A DNA stretch of 64,000 nucleotides from a virus (Duplodnaviria > Heunggongvirae > Uroviricota > Caudoviricetes), in the IMG/VR virus record IMGVR_UViG_3300021255_002251. One strand, written 5' to 3'. The notes under the pieces were generated by a model that searched no databases, was not told the DNA's origin, and saw only the letters and a list, made by a program, of their open reading frames with translations. Of the stretch, positions 59,327-64,000 are shown one piece after another; position 1 is the first letter of the stretch, and the number at the start of each line of letters is the position of its first letter. A program made the translations under genes and the position numbers.

Positions 59327-59897
59327 CCTTCTTGCCGCCCGAAATGACTTCCTCGGAGATTGGCTTTACGGACTTGTCGCCTTTCACTGCCTTGAGCAAA
59401 TCGTTGATGTCCTCATATGAGGAAACCTTAACAACAGGTTCTGGAACAACATTCGGGCGTGGTACTTTCTCTAATGCAATCTGCTTCAATTGCTCATTGT
59501 TCTGTCTAGCTATATCCATAGCGAGACCATACGACAATCCTTCGAATTCTCCGCCATCCTCTCCGTCTATCATGAGGCAGATTACAACATCTCCAAGAAT
59601 GTAATGATCTATGGAATTTCCATGGCTATAGAGTAGAGTTGCTATCTGATTAATCTTTGATGGATCTCTCCCATAATCAAAGTACCCCTCGTCATTGGCG
59701 AGGAACTCGATGCAATCTCGTCCGCCCTTCTGCAACGTCTGAACTATTACATGGTCGAGGTATCTGCATCCAATAAGTTCCTTGGCCTTATCAAATACGC
59801 TCTTCCCCTCTTCAACGATTTTCACTTCTGAAGTACCGTCCACATGGACAACCACGCAGAAGTTGCCGCAAACTCTCTTTTTGGTTTCTGGACTCAT
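59307..59897 (-). CDS. DUF3846-like protein
   Basis: AKELIGCRYLDHV....FLANDEGY....NQIAT.LY....ILGDVVI. Confidence 0.7.
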   Translation of the reverse strand: MSPETKKRVCGNFCVVVHVDGTSEVKIVEEGKSVFDKAKELIGCRYLDHVIVQTLQKGGRDCIEFLANDEGYFDYGRDPSKINQIATLLYSHGNSIDHYILGDVVICLMIDGEDGGEFEGLSYGLAMDIARQNNEQLKQIALEKVPRPNVVPEPVVKVSSYEDINDLLKAVKGDKSVKPISEEVISGGKKDEEASA

Positions 59898-59921
59898 TTT
59901 CGTTCTCCTTTTTCTTGTTAG

Positions 59922-60377
59922 TTATGCTACCTTGTAGAACTTGCCGTTGACGATTCTAGCCTTGCCAGCCCGAACCATCTCCGTCTGGTAGTTCTTGATT
60001 GCATCGTCGATTTGCCAAGCGAACGGGTCGGTAATCTTCACCCGATGGAAGCCCTCCTTCCCGCCGCAGAACTGCGGTAGTTCTGGATAGCCATCCTTGT
60101 CGCAGTCTAGCCAGCAGGCATTCGCATATGATGCACGAGCCATGATTACGATAGCCCAGAGCGAACGGAGCGGATACCCAGTATGGTTTCCTACGTCGAA
60201 TGAAAGTCCTGTCGGGACATAGTAGACATATGGAGCGGTTTCGTCCTCATGGATTCCTGCAGCCGCAAGAGCCTTAAGGTTTTCATCCTTGTGAGCCAAG
60301 AGGTACTTTGCGAACTTTTGGCTCTCCTGTGAGAGCGCATCTGTCTCGATGTTGAAACTTGTGTCTTTCATTGTCAT
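59922..60377 (-). CDS. Hypothetical protein
   Basis: First gene after a promoter; start at ATG 60377. Confidence 0.6.
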   Translation of the reverse strand: MTMKDTSFNIETDALSQESQKFAKYLLAHKDENLKALAAAGIHEDETAPYVYYVPTGLSFDVGNHTGYPLRSLWAIVIMARASYANACWLDCDKDGYPELPQFCGGKEGFHRVKITDPFAWQIDDAIKNYQTEMVRAGKARIVNGKFYKVA

Positions 60378-60404
60378 TGTCCTTGTTTGTCGTTGACGGC
60401 TCAT

Positions 60405-60433
60405 AGTATACCACAACCCCGATTGGGTTGCAA
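60405..60433 (-). promoter_or_regulatory. Sigma70-type promoter
   Basis: CCCCC TTGCAA-N17-TATACT with TGTGG. Confidence 0.78.
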
Positions 60434-60453
60434 GGGGGTGACGAAAGATTTTT

Positions 60454-60485
60454 AAAAAAAGGTTGCCGCCTAATGCAGCAACCTT
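60454..60485 (-). terminator. Intrinsic terminator
   Basis: Minus strand aaggttgctgc-attag-gcggcaacctt followed by ttttt. Confidence 0.8.
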
Positions 60486-60509
60486 CCGATCGAAATCAAC
60501 CTATCCATC

Positions 60510-60998
60510 TCAGGCTTTCTTCTTGACGGCGCTAAAAAGCCAATCAAGATATTCCTGTATGTTGTATGTCTGGCTCCAGAACTGCTTCTCGAATGCGGCT
60601 CTCGCCTCTTCCTCTGTTTCGTACTCCGCCGCATTGATTCGCTTCTTCTTCAACGAACCTCCGTTAAGGTCGTATATCCGTCTTGCGGCAGCAATCTCCT
60701 GCCCTTCGTAAAAGCCGTTTGCAACATCGCTTACGAATTTCCCTAGTTCATTTGCAATCCAAGCCTGCTCCTTCGCAGAATCTTCCGCCTTGATTCTAGC
60801 AAACTCAACTTCCGTAATCTTGGCATTAGCCGCTGCCAGACGAGCCTCTAGCGTTTCTATAACATTGTTCTTGCTTGCTAGTTCTTCTCTATTGGCTTCC
60901 AACTGCTTCAGCAGTTCTGGAAGGTTCTCACGAATCCCACAAACAATCCCAGCACTAAGCACATTGCCAAGACGTTCTATAAGAGCTTCTATTGTCAT
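60510..60998 (-). CDS. Coiled-coil hypothetical protein
   Basis: Heptad-rich LEANREEL...LEARL. Confidence 0.6.
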   Translation of the reverse strand: MTIEALIERLGNVLSAGIVCGIRENLPELLKQLEANREELASKNNVIETLEARLAAANAKITEVEFARIKAEDSAKEQAWIANELGKFVSDVANGFYEGQEIAAARRIYDLNGGSLKKKRINAAEYETEEEARAAFEKQFWSQTYNIQEYLDWLFSAVKKKA

Positions 60999-61013
60999 TT
61001 CATTTGCCTTTCT

Positions 61014-61199
61014 TCATCCAACAAACGTAGGAAATCCGATTCGAGAGTGATTGGCTTCTCTAATCGGCTTCCTACACTCATTAAGTTCATTCACTCTGCC
61101 TGCGAATCTACATTCTCCCCATCCGTTGTTAGGCGGAAGGTGTCTCTTGAATTCATTGCACATCCCACAAAGAGGACGAAATCTTAAATCCGTTTTCAT
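61014..61199 (-). CDS. Small Cys-rich protein
   Basis: CGMC...WGEC...EC. Confidence 0.5.
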   Translation of the reverse strand: MKTDLRFRPLCGMCNEFKRHLPPNNGWGECRFAGRVNELNECRKPIREANHSRIGFPTFVG

Positions 61200-61244
61200 T
61201 GCCCACTCATTTCTTTAATCCGATCAATCTTCTTCCCAAGTTCA

Positions 61245-61442
61245 TCAATTTGGATAGTCCTCTTGAAACTCTCCGCACCAGTTGTCTGACTTCACCTTCG
61301 GAAAGTAAGTGTCGTGTCCATTTGTGCATGGCGGAAATCTATGGCATTCAGCAGCATACACAGTCTTGCAGTTGTCATCCATCCAAGAGAACCAGTTTCT
61401 CCAGAAACGGCAGATTTCGCAGCATTCATTGTTTTTCGCCAT
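61245..61442 (-). CDS. Small Cys-rich protein
   Basis: CEICRFW...ECHRFPP...P.V..DNWCGEF. Confidence 0.6.
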   Translation of the reverse strand: MAKNNECCEICRFWRNWFSWMDDNCKTVYAAECHRFPPCTNGHDTYFPKVKSDNWCGEFQEDYPN

Positions 61443-61792
61443 TAGTTTGTCCTTTCAATTCGCATGATATGGAATGCATAATGCCCAACCCCTTCATAAG
61501 CGCCCTCACCCCATTCCTTGTGCATAACAGTTGACCTAATGGAATATCCGTTACACCATCCAATGAACCGAGGCACTTTAGTTCCATACCCATTTACAAA
61601 CAAGATAGGAAGCGGACTGTTAAAATCTATGTCTAAAAATTCTGTATTATGGATTTCACGATTCGCAATCTGCCAATTATCTACCCTAGAGTTCCAATAT
61701 GGCTTGAACTCTCTATATTCTTCCTTCTTCTCCCCAGACAGAATCATGTTGAACCACTTCTTCTTCATAGGAAAAACTAAAATCTTTTTCAT
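61442..61792 (-). CDS. ASCH-domain protein
   Basis: FPMKKKWFNMILSGEKKEEYREFKPYWNSR...F.NGY. Confidence 0.85.
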   Translation of the reverse strand: MKKILVFPMKKKWFNMILSGEKKEEYREFKPYWNSRVDNWQIANREIHNTEFLDIDFNSPLPILFVNGYGTKVPRFIGWCNGYSIRSTVMHKEWGEGAYEGVGHYAFHIMRIERTN

Positions 61793-62013
61793 GCTCCACC
61801 CTCCTTGTTTTTAATCTCAATATCGTGGTAGAGCCAAGTCCCCAACTCCTCATTGTCTTTCAGTTCATCCCGCGCCGCATCAACAATGACGCCATGCTTC
61901 GGAAGTATCTTTCCTACAACCGCTTTCAGGACATTTTCCTCCACGTAGGGGAAGGAATCCATTATCTCCCTACTAACCGCATCCGCTATGCTGCCGATCA
62001 TTATGACTTGCAT
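61789..62013 (-). CDS. Hypothetical protein
   Basis: ATGA-coupled ORF. Confidence 0.5.
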   Translation of the reverse strand: MQVIMIGSIADAVSREIMDSFPYVEENVLKAVVGKILPKHGVIVDAARDELKDNEELGTWLYHDIEIKNKEGGA

Positions 62014-62841
62014 CTAGCCATCTTCCTCTCTATCTTCAAGCCACCTGTTGTCTAAAACTACAAACATCACGACCACAACTATCATGAAAATCGTCCATAT
62101 TGTCCAGAACAAGCCAACCGCCATAGAGCTCGTGGACATCTTGTAGAGGTCTTCAATCGTAGCACCCTTCCATATCGTCGGACAATCATTTATCGTCCCG
62201 CTCTTGAGCATGGCATAGATGCTCCCACGAAATTCCTTCGGCATGTAACGAAATACATCCCTCGTGTGCCATCCCGTGCCTCTTACATGGCGGCTAGATG
62301 AAACCATATCGTAGGAGAATGTCTCATAAGGATAGGCATTGCCGCAGAACGAAACCTCCTTAGAGTGCTTCTTGTCGGACCTTACTACATCCCAAGTCCA
62401 ATATGTCTCTATTCTAGTCATAGTGTGAGGGCGCCCCTTGCTATCGTGGACAGTATATGTAACCGTCCTTGTGTGCATAGTATATTTTTCCTTGTCCCTC
62501 CTTATCCAAAGATGCTCTCCGTCAAGCCCTTCCCATGTCACCGTGTCAATCGCCTTGAAATCCCCTTCAACGAAAGCATTTCCCACATCGGTGTCGCAAG
62601 CCTGCTTTAGTTCGGCTCCGCAATCCCTTATCTGTATCGCCTGCCGATACACAAGATTTCGTTCGTCCACGTGCTTCTCGATTGCGTCTGCAATAAGAAA
62701 CCCTATGGAGAATAGGACGCCTACAATCAGAACGGAGAAGATTACTTCTCTAGGGGTGACCTTGACGTCAGGCTCACCCCCAAAGGAATAACCATGCCCG
62801 TGACTCCTCCACGACAGGTCCGATTGACGATAGATTCCCAT
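62014..62841 (-). CDS. Membrane protein with N- and C-terminal TM segments (LemA partner)
   Basis: TM VIFSVLIVGVLFSIGFLIA and TM VGLFWTIWTIFMIVVVVMFVV; coupled to lemA by a TGATG overlap. Confidence 0.7.
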   Translation of the reverse strand: MGIYRQSDLSWRSHGHGYSFGGEPDVKVTPREVIFSVLIVGVLFSIGFLIADAIEKHVDERNLVYRQAIQIRDCGAELKQACDTDVGNAFVEGDFKAIDTVTWEGLDGEHLWIRRDKEKYTMHTRTVTYTVHDSKGRPHTMTRIETYWTWDVVRSDKKHSKEVSFCGNAYPYETFSYDMVSSSRHVRGTGWHTRDVFRYMPKEFRGSIYAMLKSGTINDCPTIWKGATIEDLYKMSTSSMAVGLFWTIWTIFMIVVVVMFVVLDNRWLEDREEDG

Positions 62842-63383
62842 CAGAAGAGCTTCATCGGCTTCGTGTCTTTTACTGATTTGTCGGCAACGTACATTTCGTA
62901 TTGCTGCACCTCATAACCAACCCATCCGAGAAAGATTGAGGTCGGGAACTTCCTGCAGTGATAGCGGTAATCCCTTACCGATTCGTTGTAAGCCTTCTTG
63001 TGCTGCGCAAGATGGTTCTCTGTCAATGCAATCTCCGTCATCAGTTGCTGGTAGTTCTTCTGCGATTGAAGTTCAGGATACCGTTCTGCAACCGCATTGA
63101 TAGATGCCATCGTTGCCTTGAAAGCGGAAGCAGACATATTCTTGCCGCGCATCCGAATGGTATCCGTTAGAGTCTTGTACTCATGAGCATCGTACTGCTT
63201 CACGCACTCGGCGATTTCCGTGAGCTTGTTGAAGCGGTTTGACAATTGAACATCCACCCCGGATTTCGCCGTGTTGACGGTCTCCTCCAAGGATATTGCT
63301 GAGTTCTTGGAAGAGAATACCATGCAGGTGGTAATAAGCCCGATGCCGACAAGCGCGGCAAGAACGATAAGAAACATCTTCAT
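62841..63383 (-). CDS. lemA: LemA family protein
   Basis: N-terminal TM; LEE.V..A...VDVQL..R...L..IAE.VK.Y..HE; AVAERYPELQS..NY..LM.EI..TEN.LA...AYN..V..Y.....FP. Confidence 0.92.
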   Translation of the reverse strand: MKMFLIVLAALVGIGLITTCMVFSSKNSAISLEETVNTAKSGVDVQLSNRFNKLTEIAECVKQYDAHEYKTLTDTIRMRGKNMSASAFKATMASINAVAERYPELQSQKNYQQLMTEIALTENHLAQHKKAYNESVRDYRYHCRKFPTSIFLGWVGYEVQQYEMYVADKSVKDTKPMKLF

Positions 63384-63412
63384 CTTATGGGATTTCCTTT
63401 CTTCTGTTTGAT

Positions 63413-63745
63413 TTAGTCAGCGACAACCTTCTTGCGGAACATCTGCTGGCACTTCGCCTGAATATCGTCAGGTCCTATGCCCATTATGTACAATGCCTTG
63501 AGAATCTGCCCAAGCATCGCATTGGCCTTTAACTTGATGTTCGTGGAAGTCTCCAGCATCTTGCCGTACTGCTCCGCAAGCTTTGCATTCTCTTCATGAA
63601 GTATTGCCGTCTCTTCCTTAAGTGCCGCAAGTTCCTTCTCCACCTCTGGTGACCGAATGACTTTTGGCTTTGTTGTCCTCGGCTTACGTGGTGCCTTTAG
63701 TTTGGTTTCCAATGTCTTTGAACTAGTCTTCTTCTGTTTTGCCAT
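63413..63745 (-). CDS. Basic / coiled-coil hypothetical protein
   Basis: 110-aa ORF with an AAGGA RBS. Confidence 0.6.
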   Translation of the reverse strand: MAKQKKTSSKTLETKLKAPRKPRTTKPKVIRSPEVEKELAALKEETAILHEENAKLAEQYGKMLETSTNIKLKANAMLGQILKALYIMGIGPDDIQAKCQQMFRKKVVAD

Positions 63746-63760
63746 TTTGCTTTTCCTTTC

Positions 63761-64000
63761 TTATCGGGCATTCGACCACATAGATGCGTAGGGGACTCCT
63801 TTAATGCCTACACCGTTCTGCCAATGCTGAGAGAGAAAATCAACATAGGAGAACAAATCCTGCTTGCAGAGGGTGAAGAACATACTATCGCTTGCCGTTC
63901 CATCTAGGCCGAACTTGTGTATAATATCCGAAGGAACGATGTCTCTCTGCTCCTGCTTGAATACCTTGTGGTTCTCATCCGAATAAGCGATGAGGCACTT
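63761..64000 (-). CDS. Hypothetical protein, partial (5' end outside the window)
   Basis: My translation: KCLIAYSDENHK...PYASMWSNAR*, open from the right edge. Confidence 0.5.
   Translation of the reverse strand, partial: KCLIAYSDENHKVFKQEQRDIVPSDIIHKFGLDGTASDSMFFTLCKQDLFSYVDFLSQHWQNGVGIKGVPYASMWSNAR

Noticed and set aside
1-64000. Genome-wide TAG reassignment (genetic code 15)
   Set aside because: Long genes are intact in code 11, and TAG ends many genes at natural C-termini with the next gene out of frame (e.g. 1652, 3346, 7861, 13531, 25357, 25986).
1-64000. Prophage or temperate lifestyle call
   Set aside because: No integrase, repressor, att site or host flank is in the window, so lifestyle cannot be decided.

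Overview
A 64-kb slice of a tailed-phage (contractile-tail, myovirus) genome. Every gene I can support is on the minus strand. Reading in the direction of transcription (right to left): (i) about 47.8-64 kb holds many small early/accessory ORFs (LemA, ASCH, DUF3846-like, two Lar-like, MmcB-like nuclease) interspersed with pncB, nadD and nadE; pncA lies just downstream, completing a four-enzyme deamidating NAD+ salvage route. (ii) A pncA-lipoprotein-papain-like peptidase unit follows, then a replication unit (initiator-like ORF, DnaB helicase, DUF3127 SSB, histone H1-like protein), two GT2 glycosyltransferases and a stand-alone dnaN clamp. (iii) Two giant head-associated proteins come next: a polyvalent ART/MuF-C/zincin protein, probably joined to its upstream ORF by a -1 shift at an A10 run, and a 1646-aa protein with an intact FtsK motor. 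(iv) The virion module is of the Bcep781/PB1/Aaphi23 type: DUF2213 protease, decoration protein, DUF2184 capsid, DUF4054 adaptor, two BspA-type LRR proteins inserted at the neck, sheath, two tube paralogs, chaperone with a -1 frameshift, tape measure, baseplate and fibres. No portal, terminase, integrase, DNA polymerase, tRNA or CRISPR is visible in the window. Family names come from motif recognition by eye, not from database searches. Best candidates for new biology: the four-gene phage NAD+ rebuilding pathway, and a set of protease-tagged, virion-packaged cargo proteins that includes an FtsK DNA translocase.
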